DNA from: an uncultured Spirochaetota bacterium
GTDB lineage: Bacteria > Spirochaetota > Spirochaetia > SZUA-6 > Fen-1364
Reading direction: 5' to 3'
NCBI GenBank assembly: GCA_963845535.1
Contig: CAWJSK010000004.1
Location: 32,001 to 96,000 of the forward strand
Length of the DNA: 64,000 nucleotides
Part shown: piece after piece, positions 20,495-29,976 of the stretch
Numbering within the stretch: the first letter of the stretch is position 1
Layout: each line of letters opens with the position of its first letter
Position numbers and translations under genes: made by a program
The notes under the pieces: model-generated
The model's database searches: none
What the model was told of the DNA's origin: nothing
What the model saw: the letters and a program-made list of their open reading frames with translations, nothing else

Positions 20495-21922
20495 ATGGGC
20501 ACGCAAGGCTTCTTCTCTCTCCTGGATGATGTCTCGCGCCGCAACAATTCTCTCCTGTGCATTGGCCTGGACCCTCCGCTCGAGACGCCCGTCACGGATA
20601 TCCTCTCAACCAACCGCAAGATTATTGATTGCGTTGCCCGTGTGGCGTGCGCGGTCAAACCGAACGCCGCTTTTTATGAAGCACGGGGCGCCCAGGGGTG
20701 GGAGATCCTGAAGGAGACCATCCGTCATGCGCACTCCAAAGAGCTGCCCGTCATCCTGGACGTCAAACGGGGAGACATAGCCTCCACCGCGGACGCTTAC
20801 GCAAAGGCCTGCTTTGACCTGCTGGAGGCGGATTGCGTTACGGCAAGCCCCTTCCTGGGCCATGACAGCGTGGAAAGCTTCACCAGACGGCCGGACAAAG
20901 GCGTGTTCCTCTTGTGCCATACGTCGAATGCCGGGGCAGGTGACGTTCAGGAGTTGAATGTCGATGGTGAGCCGCTGTACCTGCGAGTTGCGCGGATGGC
21001 CAACTCCTGGAACCGGAGCGGAAACATCGGCCTTGTCGTGGGCGCAACATTCGCGCATCTGATTAGCCGGGGTTCGGGAAGCGGTGCCCGGCCTCTGGTT
21101 CCTCCTCCCGGGATTGGAGCGCAGGGCGGAGACCTGGAGGCAAGCCTCCAGGCAGGACTGGAGCGCGGCGGCAAAGTGCTCGTGAACGTATCACGGGCAA
21201 TCTGGCAAGCCAAGGACCCGGGGGCGGCGGCGCGTGAGATGACGGACAGGATCAACGCATGCCGTAATGCCCACGAACACGGCGCCAGCGGCGCCGGAAA
21301 CCGCAGCCAGGCCGCCGGGAAGCCGGCGGAACTATCGGACCGCATAGCGCTTAGCCTCTATGACCTGGGGGCAGTCCGCCTGGGCTCCTTTACGCTCAAG
21401 TCCGGCCTGACCTCCCCCATCTACATCGACTTGAGACTTCTCGTGAGTGACCCGAAGCTCATGGCGGACGTTGCCCGCGCCATGGCGGGAATCCTTTCCG
21501 GACTTCGCTTCCAGCGGATTGCCGCAATCCCCTACGGCGGTCTTCCCATCGGACAGGCGGTGGCCATGGCGTCCGGCAAGCCGTTGATCTATCCTCGCAG
21601 GGAAGTGAAAGAGTACGGAACAAAAAAACCAATTGAAGGGACCTTCGCGTCCGGGGAAACCGTCGTGGTGCTTGATGACCTGATCACCACTGGCGCGAGC
21701 AAGCTGGAAGCCATCGAGCCGCTTCTGGCCGCGGGATTGAAAGTGACCGACGCCGTGGTGCTCGTGGACCGGGAGCAGGGAGGGGCGGCTGAGCTTGCGG
21801 CCAAAGGCCTCGCGCTTCATTCCGTCATGACCGTGAGCGGCCTCCTTGATGCGCTGGTCCGCCACGGGCGGGTCCCAGATTCGGTGCGCCGGGATGTGCG
21901 CTCTGCGCTCGGGATCCGCTGA
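20495..21922 (+). CDS. pyrF: Bifunctional OMP decarboxylase / orotate phosphoribosyltransferase (pyrF-pyrE fusion)
   Basis: N-terminal 'CIGLDP', 'DVKRGDIAST', 'PGIGAQGG'; C-terminal 'FTLKSGLTSPIYIDLR', 'VVLDDLITTG'. Compensating indels at about 21070-21110. Confidence 0.9.
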   Translation: MGTQGFFSLLDDVSRRNNSLLCIGLDPPLETPVTDILSTNRKIIDCVARVACAVKPNAAFYEARGAQGWEILKETIRHAHSKELPVILDVKRGDIASTADAYAKACFDLLEADCVTASPFLGHDSVESFTRRPDKGVFLLCHTSNAGAGDVQELNVDGEPLYLRVARMANSWNRSGNIGLVVGATFAHLISRGSGSGARPLVPPPGIGAQGGDLEASLQAGLERGGKVLVNVSRAIWQAKDPGAAAREMTDRINACRNAHEHGASGAGNRSQAAGKPAELSDRIALSLYDLGAVRLGSFTLKSGLTSPIYIDLRLLVSDPKLMADVARAMAGILSGLRFQRIAAIPYGGLPIGQAVAMASGKPLIYPRREVKEYGTKKPIEGTFASGETVVVLDDLITTGASKLEAIEPLLAAGLKVTDAVVLVDREQGGAAELAAKGLALHSVMTVSGLLDALVRHGRVPDSVRRDVRSALGIR

Positions 21923-22904
21923 CCTTTCCTGCAGGATCGCGGGGATCAGCCTCCGCACTCCGCTGGTCCTTGCCTCCGGCATCTGGGGCACGTCCCCTGC
22001 CCTGCTCGAACGCGCCGCCCGCGGCGGGGCGGGCGCCGTCACGGCCAAGACATGCACTCCCCGACCCCGGCGGGGCCACAAAAATCCCACAGCCATTGAT
22101 TGGGGACACGGGCTCATCAACGCCATGGGGCTTCCCAACCCGGGGGTGGAGGAGGAGCTTGCCCTCTTGAAAGAGGCTTCGCGCAGACTTCGACCTCTTG
22201 GGGTAGCCCTCATTGCAAGCATTTCCGCGGACACGGCTTCAGACTTTGCCTCCGCGGCCGTCCTCCTTCAGCAGGCCGGGCCGGACATGATCGAGCTGAA
22301 CGTGTCATGCCCGAACCTCGGGGCGGAGCACGGGGAGATGTTCGCGGCCTCCGCGGCCGCGGCGGCAGAAGTGGTCAGCGCGACGTAAAGGCTGCTATCG
22401 TCACTGCCATGCCTCGTGAAGCTCTCCCCGAACGTGCACGACATCGGAGAGATCGCGCGCGCCGTGGTGCAGGCCGGGGCTGACGGAATCACCGCCATCA
22501 ATACGATGCCCGGCATGCTCGTGGACGCGGAGTCCGCTTCCGCCGTGCTTGCCAACGAGACGGGCGGGATCTCGGGCCCGGCGCTCAAGCCCATTGCCTT
22601 GCGCTGCGTCTACGACATTGCCTCCGCGGTAAGCGTGCCCATCATCGGCACGGGCGGAGTGCTCTGCGGCGTGGACGCGGTGGAAATGATCCTTGCCGGG
22701 GCCACGGCAGTAGGGGTGGGGTCGGCTGTCTTCTACCGCGGGAAGGATGCATTCTCCCTGATCCGGGATGAACTTTCCGCGTGGCTCGCCGGACACGGCT
22801 GCTCCACCGTCGAAGGGCTTCGCGGGAAAGCGCATCAGCGCAAGCAAAGCGCCATCGTGACTGCTCTCCCTCCTGTCCCCGACTGGGAGGGAAAGGATGA
22901 GTAG
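21894..22904 (+). CDS. pyrD: Dihydroorotate dehydrogenase family 1B catalytic subunit (in-frame TAA at 22386; start uncertain)
   Basis: 'LVLASG', 'INAMGLPNPG', 'ELNVSCPN', 'KLSPN', 'AINT', 'GGISGPALKP'. Confidence 0.85.
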
Positions 22905-23626
22905 GACCGCAAACATCCCGACACCGTTTCGCGTCAGGGAAAAAGTCCAGGAAAACCCGAAGACCGTTTCTCTGATCCTGGACGGGTCCCTCGGCTGCAC
23001 GCCCGGGCAGTTCGTCATGCTGTGGCTGCCGGGCGTGGACGAAAAGCCTTTCAGCATTTCCGGGAGCAACCCCTTGATGTTCACTGTCTCCCGGGTTGGA
23101 CCCTTCAGCGAAGCGCTTCATGCGTTGTGCCCGGGAGACAGCGTCTGGGTCCGTGGCCCTTTCGGCACGGGGTTCTCACTCGGATCAGGCCGGGCGCTCC
23201 TCGTGGGGGGCGGTTACGGCGCAGCGCCTCTTGCGTTCCTTGCGCGATGTCTTTTGACCACGGCGCCGGCCGGCAGCGTGGAGGTGGCTCTCGGCGCGCG
23301 CACCTCGAAAGACCTCCTGTTTGTCGAGCGGTTTCGTGAGATGGGTGTACCCGTCCACGAAGCCACGGAGGACGGCTCGCGGGGCGCCACCGGACGGGTG
23401 ACCGAGGTGGTGAAGCCGCTCCTGGCAGAAGACCGGTTCTCCCGCCTCCAGGCGTGCGGCCCGGAATCGAATGCTCGAGACTCTGGCGGAGGCCTGCCGG
23501 GGCGCCGGCGTTCCGGCGGAGCTTTCCTTCGAGGCATACATGCGCTGCGGCATCGGCCTGTGCGGCGCATGCGAGCACGAGGGGAGGCTCGTGTGCCTGG
23601 ACGGTCCCGTGTTTACGACTTTCTAG
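22897..23626 (+). CDS. pyrK: Dihydroorotate dehydrogenase electron transfer subunit (apparent frameshift near 23470)
   Basis: 'PGQFVMLW', 'EKPFSI', 'GGGYGAAPL', 'ACGPE', then 'EAYMRCGIGLCGAC...VCLDGPVF' in the next frame. Confidence 0.9.
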
Positions 23627-23677
23627 GCAGCGCGGCCTTTCCTGCATTTCGCTCGAATTCTGAATCTTTCTGTCGGG

Positions 23678-24634
23678 CTATATCGAGTCTTCTTTCAACA
23701 CCAATCGGAGCGGAGATCCTTCCACAGGAATTGCTTCGGGGTGGCCTTCAGAACCACTTGCAGGCAAACTACGAAAAAGGGGGCGAGTTTCAGCAGCCAC
23801 TCGTTCAGCGGCAATCGTTGAGTATTTCCTCGAAATATCCATATGAACGAAATGACGATCATGCCGCCTGGCTATTGCAGCAACAGTGCCTGTTCCGCCA
23901 AATAGGTCGATCACTACGTTCCCGCGGTAGCTGTAGAATTTGATGAGCCGCTTGATCAACTCCTCTGGAAACGGGGCAGGATGCCCTTCGGACTTCTGCT
24001 CTGGAGTTTTCCTCCCCCTTCGAGGCGGATAGAGACTGTTCAAAAAAGGTTGTCGGCCGCGGGTCTCAGGTTGTATTGCCCAAAACGCGTCCGAGTATTT
24101 GATGAACTCTTCGGAGGTGATGTCGGCGTCTTCTTTTTTTCCTTCAAGAGCCCACGACCCCTTACAGAAGACAAGCACGTATTCCCAGCTTGGCACCATG
24201 TGAGGGTTGTGAGGACTTTTCCATGATCCCCAGGCGGTCCGACGTCTCATCGTCTGCTTGTACCAGAGGATCTCCGTACGCATGATGAAGCCAAGTTGCA
24301 TCAGGTCGCGTGCCATATCGTAGTGAATTGGGCGGAAATCCTTGATACTCGTCGGAGCTACATTGAGAGCGAATCTCCCGCCGTTGACGAGCACTCGATA
24401 CAGCTCTTTCCAGAAACCAGTCAGCCATTTCAAGTACTCGGCATATGGCATCTTATCGTTGTGCGAATCGTACTCCAGACCAACATTATATGGCGGCGAA
24501 GTGATGGCCAAATGAACTGATTCATTCGGCATTGCGCGCAAGATCTGGAGAGAATCCCCGCAGATTATTTGGTCTTTCCACCAATCGCCAACTTTGGAGG
24601 CGCGATGGAAATTTAGTACAGGAGTCTTTTTCAT
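23678..24634 (-). CDS. Site-specific DNA methyltransferase, beta class (N4-C/N6-A)
   Basis: 'TSPPYN' precedes 'HPAPFPEEL' and 'DLFGGTGT'; lower GC than the flanks. Confidence 0.9.
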   Translation of the reverse strand: MKKTPVLNFHRASKVGDWWKDQIICGDSLQILRAMPNESVHLAITSPPYNVGLEYDSHNDKMPYAEYLKWLTGFWKELYRVLVNGGRFALNVAPTSIKDFRPIHYDMARDLMQLGFIMRTEILWYKQTMRRRTAWGSWKSPHNPHMVPSWEYVLVFCKGSWALEGKKEDADITSEEFIKYSDAFWAIQPETRGRQPFLNSLYPPRRGRKTPEQKSEGHPAPFPEELIKRLIKFYSYRGNVVIDLFGGTGTVAAIARRHDRHFVHMDISRKYSTIAAERVAAETRPLFRSLPASGSEGHPEAIPVEGSPLRLVLKEDSI

Positions 24635-24765
24635 CACTATCGACCATAGATTAGTGGAGGCGATCCCCTTTGGCAATCGGGCAAGTGGGGACTCAAGAAG
24701 TTGGTCCTCGGGACAACCCTGACCTGCGCTTGAAAAAAGCGCTTGCTTCTATCACCATGGGGTTC

Positions 24766-25251
24766 GTGAAGATCAGGATCATCATCACCGGAGGAACGTT
24801 CGACAAGCAATATGACGAGATTCGCGGGAACCTCACGTTCAAGGACACCCACCTGCCGGAAATCCTGAAGTTCGTCCGATGCACGGTCCCCATCGAGCTG
24901 GAGCTGAACCAGCTCATTGACAGCCTCGACATGCAAACCGCCAACAGGCTTTCCATCCTGGAGTCCTGCCGCAAGGCGGAGGAGGAATGGATCGTCATAA
25001 CGCACGGCACCGACACGATGGCGGAGACCGCAGAGGTCCTGGGGAAAGCGGGGCTGAACAAAACCATCGTCATGACCGGCGCCATGGTCCCGTACATGGT
25101 CAACAACTCGGATGCGGTCTTCAACCTCGGGTGCGCGCTCACGGCGGTCCAGCTTGCCCCCGCGGGCGTCTACATCGTGATGAATAGCCGGCTTTTCCGC
25201 TGGGACCATGTGCGCAAGAACAAGGAGCGGGGCGTCTTCGAGGAAAAGTGA
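24766..25251 (+). CDS. Short asparaginase-domain protein
   Basis: 'ITGGTFDK', 'THGTDTM', 'TGAMVP', 'SDAVFNLG'. Confidence 0.85.
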   Translation: MKIRIIITGGTFDKQYDEIRGNLTFKDTHLPEILKFVRCTVPIELELNQLIDSLDMQTANRLSILESCRKAEEEWIVITHGTDTMAETAEVLGKAGLNKTIVMTGAMVPYMVNNSDAVFNLGCALTAVQLAPAGVYIVMNSRLFRWDHVRKNKERGVFEEK

Positions 25252-25322
25252 CGGAAGGTCCGAGGGCGGATTCAAGCCTGATTGGGCAAGAACGATATTT
25301 CCAAGGGGATCAGGGGGAACGG

Positions 25323-26309
25323 ATGCTCGACCTGGGAACACGCTACATGGGACTTGCGCTCGCCAATCCGCTCATTGCGGGAAGCTCCGCCCTCACGGCA
25401 ACCGTGGACGGGGTGAAAAGGGCGGAAAAGGGCGGCGTCGGCGCGGTAGTGCTGAAGTCGATCTTTGAGGAAGAGATCGCGGCCGAATACGAAGGGGCCC
25501 TTGCGGAGGCAAAAGCCAAGGGCATGAGCCTGGAATCCTACGAGTATTACGACTACGAGGTGCGGGGAGACCGCATTGCGTCATACGCGGACCTTGTCCG
25601 CGGGGCAAAAAAGGCCGTGCGGATTCCCGTGATTGCGAGCATCAACTGCACCTATTCGCATGAGTGGGTGACGTTTGCTCGCGAGTTGGAAGCCGCGGGG
25701 GCGGACGGCATCGAGCTCAACATGTTCTTCCTGCCCTCGGACCTGAAGCGCTCGAGCGAAGAACGGGAGAAAGACTACCTGGCAGTCATAGACAAGATCC
25801 TGAAGCAGGTCCGCATTCCCGTGGCGCTCAAGATCAGCCCGTACTTCTCCACGCTTGCGCAAATGATCCAGAAGCTCTCAGGCACGGGCGTTGCCGCCAT
25901 CGTGCTCTTCAATCGTTTTTATTCGATAGATTTCGACGTGGAGAAGCTCGCCGTCACCTCGGGCCCCGGGCTGAGCGTCCCCGCGGAAATCAGCCTGCCT
26001 TTGCGATGGGTGGCCCTGATGGCACGGCGCGTCAGCTGCGACCTGGCCGCATCCACGGGGGTTCATGACAGCACGGGCCTGATCAAGATGCTCCTGGCAG
26101 GGGCAAAAGCCGTCCAGGCGGTCTCCTCTCTGAGCGCCAACGGCGCGGGGCATGCCGGCGTGATCCTTGCCGGTCTCACCGACTGGATGCAGCGCCACGG
26201 GTTCAAGGCGTTGTCGGACTTCCGCGGCAAGCTGAGCCAGGCGGAGAGTGAAGACCCTGCGGCCTACGAGCGCGTGCAGTTCATGAAGCATTACGGAGGA
26301 AAGGAATGA
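25323..26309 (+). CDS. Dihydroorotate dehydrogenase-like flavoprotein (lacks the catalytic Cys motif)
   Basis: 'YMGLALANPLIAGSS', 'VLKSIFEEEI', 'IELNMFFLP', 'VLFNRFY', 'YERVQFMK'. Confidence 0.8.
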   Translation: MLDLGTRYMGLALANPLIAGSSALTATVDGVKRAEKGGVGAVVLKSIFEEEIAAEYEGALAEAKAKGMSLESYEYYDYEVRGDRIASYADLVRGAKKAVRIPVIASINCTYSHEWVTFARELEAAGADGIELNMFFLPSDLKRSSEEREKDYLAVIDKILKQVRIPVALKISPYFSTLAQMIQKLSGTGVAAIVLFNRFYSIDFDVEKLAVTSGPGLSVPAEISLPLRWVALMARRVSCDLAASTGVHDSTGLIKMLLAGAKAVQAVSSLSANGAGHAGVILAGLTDWMQRHGFKALSDFRGKLSQAESEDPAAYERVQFMKHYGGKE

Positions 26310-27007
26310 CGGAGCTTCTCTGCCACAAAGACTCGTACCTGAAGGAGTTCGACGCGCGCGTTGTGGAAATCAACGCGGCGGAAAAGGCGGTGGCGCTGGA
26401 CCGTACGGCGTTTTTCCCCGGCGGCGGAGGCCAGCCCTTTGACCGGGGTTGGCTCGGTGAGTCGGTGGTGACGCGAACCGCCCGGCAGGGAGACGTTGTC
26501 TGGCACTACCTGGAAACGGAGCCCCCGGCCGTTGGCAGCCAGGTGCGCGGAAAGCTGGACTGGGAGCTTCGCTACAAGCTCATGCGCACGCATACCGCAT
26601 TCCACATCCTCTGCGGCGTTGTCTTTCGGGACTGGAAAGCGCAGGTCACCGGCGGCAACATGGAGCCTCTCAAGGGCCGAATGGACTTCGAGTTCGAGAC
26701 TCTCCAGAAGGAGCTGGTAACGGAAATCGAGAAGCGCGTCAACGCCGAAGTGCTGGTTGCCCGGCCCATTCTCGTGCGAGTGCTGCCACGGGACGAGGCG
26801 TTCAAGATCCCTGACCTGATCCGCACCAAGATCAACCTTTTGCCGGAGGGCATCCGTGAGGTCCGCATTGTGGAGATCCAGGGCCTTGATCTGCAGGCGG
26901 ACGGCGGCACGCACGTTGCCAATACCAAGGAGGTGGGCACTATCCGGGTGACCGGCTACGAGAGCAAGGGGCGGATCAACAAGCGGATCAAACTGGAAAT
27001 CGCGTAG
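26306..27007 (+). CDS. Alanyl-tRNA editing protein (AlaX-like)
   Basis: 'RTAFFPGGGGQPFDRG', 'MRTHTAFH', 'QADGGTHV'. Confidence 0.9.
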   Translation: MTELLCHKDSYLKEFDARVVEINAAEKAVALDRTAFFPGGGGQPFDRGWLGESVVTRTARQGDVVWHYLETEPPAVGSQVRGKLDWELRYKLMRTHTAFHILCGVVFRDWKAQVTGGNMEPLKGRMDFEFETLQKELVTEIEKRVNAEVLVARPILVRVLPRDEAFKIPDLIRTKINLLPEGIREVRIVEIQGLDLQADGGTHVANTKEVGTIRVTGYESKGRINKRIKLEIA

Positions 27008-27037
27008 ACCGGGAAGAGCTTCAGGGAGCGCGGTTTC

Positions 27038-27850
27038 ATGAAGACACGCAAGCTCAAGTTCATTGGCTGTGAGATCATGTATCGGGAAGCCTGTCATCTT
27101 GCGGCCGCCTCCGCGGCGCAAGTCGACGTGGAGTTTCTCCGCAAGGGACTGCATGACCTGGAAACGCGGGACATGGTCTCCAAGGTGCAGTCAACCATTG
27201 ACGCCGTGGACCCCTCCGCGGGCTACGAGGCAATCCTCCTCGGATATGCGCGCTGCAACGACGGCCTCGTGGGCGTCACCGCCCGAACCGTCCCCCTTGT
27301 GGTGCCGAGGGCGCATGATTGCATCACGTTCTTCTTCGGTTCACGAACGGCATATCGCCAATACTTCGACTCCCATCCCGGCACCTACTACCTGACAACG
27401 GGATGGTCGGAACGCAACACGAACGCTTCCCCGAATGACCCGCAGGCGCTCAAGGGCTATGACAGGCCGGCGTACGGCCAGCAAGGCGTCATGGGCAAGC
27501 TTGGATTGACGGAGTCCTACGACGAGATGGTGCGCAAGTACGGAAAAGAGAACGCGGACTTTCTGAAGGACATGCTCGGGGACTGGATGAAGAACTACGA
27601 CAAGTTCCTCTACCTGCGCATGGGCGTGTGCGATGAGGAGCCGTTCATCGAGGCGGCGCGTAAGGACGCTGCCGATCGGGGATGGAAGCTGGAGACGCGG
27701 GAAGGGAACCTTTCGCTTCTGCGGAAGCTCTTCAACGGGCCTTGGGACGAGGACTTCATCATCGTTCCACCGGGCGGGAAGATCGTGGCGCGAAACGACG
27801 AGCGCATCCTTGACACGGAGCCTCCTCTCACTGGCGGCGCTGACGGCTGA
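27038..27850 (+). CDS. DUF1638-like protein
   Basis: 'IGCEIM', 'LRKGLHD', 'LLGYARC', 'PRAHDCI', 'YYLTTGW'. Confidence 0.75.
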   Translation: MKTRKLKFIGCEIMYREACHLAAASAAQVDVEFLRKGLHDLETRDMVSKVQSTIDAVDPSAGYEAILLGYARCNDGLVGVTARTVPLVVPRAHDCITFFFGSRTAYRQYFDSHPGTYYLTTGWSERNTNASPNDPQALKGYDRPAYGQQGVMGKLGLTESYDEMVRKYGKENADFLKDMLGDWMKNYDKFLYLRMGVCDEEPFIEAARKDAADRGWKLETREGNLSLLRKLFNGPWDEDFIIVPPGGKIVARNDERILDTEPPLTGGADG

Positions 27851-27868
27851 TGCGCCGCGACGCGATGC

Positions 27869-28279
27869 TTATTGAACCGTGATTGAGCCGGTCATGTAGG
27901 TGTGAAACCTGCAGTGGTAGTGATATGTGCTGGCGACGGTGCTCTTGGGAACCGTGAAGCTGTACGACGTGCCCGAAGCCACGTCAGCGCCGGTAATCAG
28001 TGTGTCTCCGGCGTCCGGCGTCACGCTGTGTGTCACGCCGTCATAATTGGTCCACGTCACGGTGACGGAGTTGGCGCTCGTGGAGAACGTGACGGAGCTC
28101 GGTGAGAAGGCAAATCCCGATATATCGATGCCGGCCGCGTTGGACCCGTTGAAGCCTGGTCCCGTCATGGATCCGCCACCTCCGCCTCCGCCTCCGCCCC
28201 CGCCGTAGCCGCCCGCCATCGAGCACCCGCTGATAACGCTGACGGCGAGAACAATGGACAGGACTCTTCGAAGCATCAT
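27869..28279 (-). CDS. Plastocyanin/azurin-family copper-binding lipoprotein with Gly-rich linker
   Basis: Lipobox-like 'ISGC', 'FAFSP', 'WTNYDGVTHSVT', 'YHCRFHTYM' (H-C-H-M type 1 Cu ligands). Confidence 0.85.
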   Translation of the reverse strand: MMLRRVLSIVLAVSVISGCSMAGGYGGGGGGGGGGGSMTGPGFNGSNAAGIDISGFAFSPSSVTFSTSANSVTVTWTNYDGVTHSVTPDAGDTLITGADVASGTSYSFTVPKSTVASTYHYHCRFHTYMTGSITVQ

Positions 28280-28317
28280 ATGCCGTTCCTTCCTTGTGAA
28301 GACTCCGTGAAGAAATG

Positions 28318-28339
28318 CCCGCCGGAGGCTTCCGGCGGG
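28318..28339 (-). terminator. Intercistronic hairpin
   Basis: CCCGCCGGA-GGCT-TCCGGCGGG, followed on the minus strand by CATTTCTT. Confidence 0.5.
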
Positions 28340-28357
28340 ACTCACGCCGTCTCCCTG

Positions 28358-28867
28358 TCAGGACTTCTGATTCACGAACACCTCGATCTTCTCGAGGAGC
28401 TCCCGGGCATTCTTGTTTCCTGACTTTTCGAGGATGATGTACTGCTGGACCGCCTTTACGAGGTCACCTTCCTGGAGGTACGCCTCGCCGTAGTATTCCC
28501 GGGCCTCCGGGAAGTTCGGCTTCAGCTTCAAAGCCTTTTCATAGTACGGGAATGCCTCGTTTACATTCCCCAGCTTCCGCGTGCAGAACCCCAGCATGTT
28601 GTAGGCTTCCGCGTAGTCGGACTTCAGGGAAATTGCGTTCTTGAAATCAGTGACGGCTTCCTGGTACTTGCCCGCATCAGATGCGGAGTATCCCGCGTTA
28701 TACCAGTCCTGTGCGCTATTGGGCGCGGATGCCCTGCTCCCCATCCCGCCGCCACCTCCGCCACCTCCCCCTCCGCCTCCGCCTCCGCCTCCGCTTCCCG
28801 ATGCGAAGGCTGCGCCTGCTGCTACAAGGGAAACAAGAAGCACTACGATGGTTCTTCTCATGCTCAT
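28358..28867 (-). CDS. Secreted TPR protein with poly-Gly tract
   Basis: Signal peptide, Gly run, TPR-like 'AEAYNMLG' and 'YYEKALKLKPNFPEAREYYGEAY'. Confidence 0.8.
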   Translation of the reverse strand: MSMRRTIVVLLVSLVAAGAAFASGSGGGGGGGGGGGGGGGGMGSRASAPNSAQDWYNAGYSASDAGKYQEAVTDFKNAISLKSDYAEAYNMLGFCTRKLGNVNEAFPYYEKALKLKPNFPEAREYYGEAYLQEGDLVKAVQQYIILEKSGNKNARELLEKIEVFVNQKS

Positions 28868-28944
28868 TCGCCTCCTCGGACCCTGGTTTCGCCAAGGTCC
28901 GGTAGTAGATACGTGAGAAGAGGCGGGTTGGATTTACAGGGTTG

Positions 28945-29976
28945 CTAGTGTGCTTGTGCGAGCTCGGGATCCAGCTTGAACGCGGCTTGCTGAAACTCCA
29001 GGAAGAGGCGCCGACGAATGGCGGTGTCGGCGAGGCCGAAGCGCAGGCCGTTGAGGTTGAGCTGCCACAGCTCCGCCATGCTCAACCCGACCTCATCACG
29101 GGCTCTCTGCCATTCACGCAGGAGGTCGGTTGAAAAGAACGGGGGATCATCCGTGGAAAGGGTGACCGGTACCCCCGCCTCCATCATGCGGCGCACGGGA
29201 TGCGCGCGTACAGAAGGGACGACTTTCAGGCATTCGTTGCTCGTGAGGGCGACGTCACAGCAGATGCGCCTCTCCGCAAGGAGGGTGAGGACTGCGGGGT
29301 CCTCTACGGCCCTCACTCCATGCTCGACCCGGCGCACGGCAAGGTCCACAACAGCCTGACGGACGTGCTCCGCGCCGCCCGTTTCTCCCGCGTGCGCCAC
29401 GGTCGAATACCCCGCATTCCGCGCCCGGTCGAACCAGCGGGCAAAGCCGCTCCGGGGCAGTCCGGCTTCCGGTCCACCGAGCCCCAGGGCCACAATGAGA
29501 GGGTTGGCCTCCCGTTCGAGCAGCTCGAGGGTGTAGGGGGCGCTTGCATCCGCCGACTCCCCGGAGATATCGGTGATGATCCTGACTACCGGCCCGCCGC
29601 CGGACTCCGAGCTCACGAGCTTGCGGCTGACGATGGAAAGCGCGCGCCCGCCGCCAATACCGAGCTTTTCGTGATTATAGGGAGTGAAGTGGACCTCGGC
29701 GTACCGTATGTTCTGCCGGGAGCATTCGCCAAGAAAGCCGTCCACCATGCGTTCATAGTCGCTTTCGGTTCGAAGGCAGGAGCACATCAGGAGCCACAAT
29801 TCGATGAACGCATCGAAGTTCCTGAACTCGTACAGCCGTTGCAGCTCCTCGAACGTGCCGACGGGAAGGGCGACATGATTGGCCTTGGCCATGGCCCAAA
29901 GAGTCCGTGGCGAAATGGTTCCTTCCAGGTGAAGATGCATTTCGGCTTTGGGAAGCCGGGCAATAAGCTCATCCAT
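28945..29976 (-). CDS. add: Adenosine deaminase
   Basis: 'LPKAEMHLHLEG', 'AHAGE', 'RVEHGV', 'LSTDDP'. Confidence 0.9.
   Translation of the reverse strand: MDELIARLPKAEMHLHLEGTISPRTLWAMAKANHVALPVGTFEELQRLYEFRNFDAFIELWLLMCSCLRTESDYERMVDGFLGECSRQNIRYAEVHFTPYNHEKLGIGGGRALSIVSRKLVSSESGGGPVVRIITDISGESADASAPYTLELLEREANPLIVALGLGGPEAGLPRSGFARWFDRARNAGYSTVAHAGETGGAEHVRQAVVDLAVRRVEHGVRAVEDPAVLTLLAERRICCDVALTSNECLKVVPSVRAHPVRRMMEAGVPVTLSTDDPPFFSTDLLREWQRARDEVGLSMAELWQLNLNGLRFGLADTAIRRRLFLEFQQAAFKLDPELAQAH

Noticed and set aside
22386..22388. Recoded stop (Sec/Pyl) in pyrD
   Set aside because: The codon is TAA, at a non-catalytic position, in the error-rich zone
7229..23626. Cluster of pseudogenes or programmed frameshifts
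   Set aside because: The indels hit unrelated housekeeping genes with intact motifs on both sides and no common slippery site; sequencing error is more parsimonious
23678..24634. Complete restriction-modification or defence island
   Set aside because: No endonuclease or other defence gene is adjacent
28910..28938. ECF sigma promoter (TGTAAATC...CGTA) upstream of the TPR gene
   Set aside because: Spacing and consensus are too loose to support, and there is no ECF gene in the window
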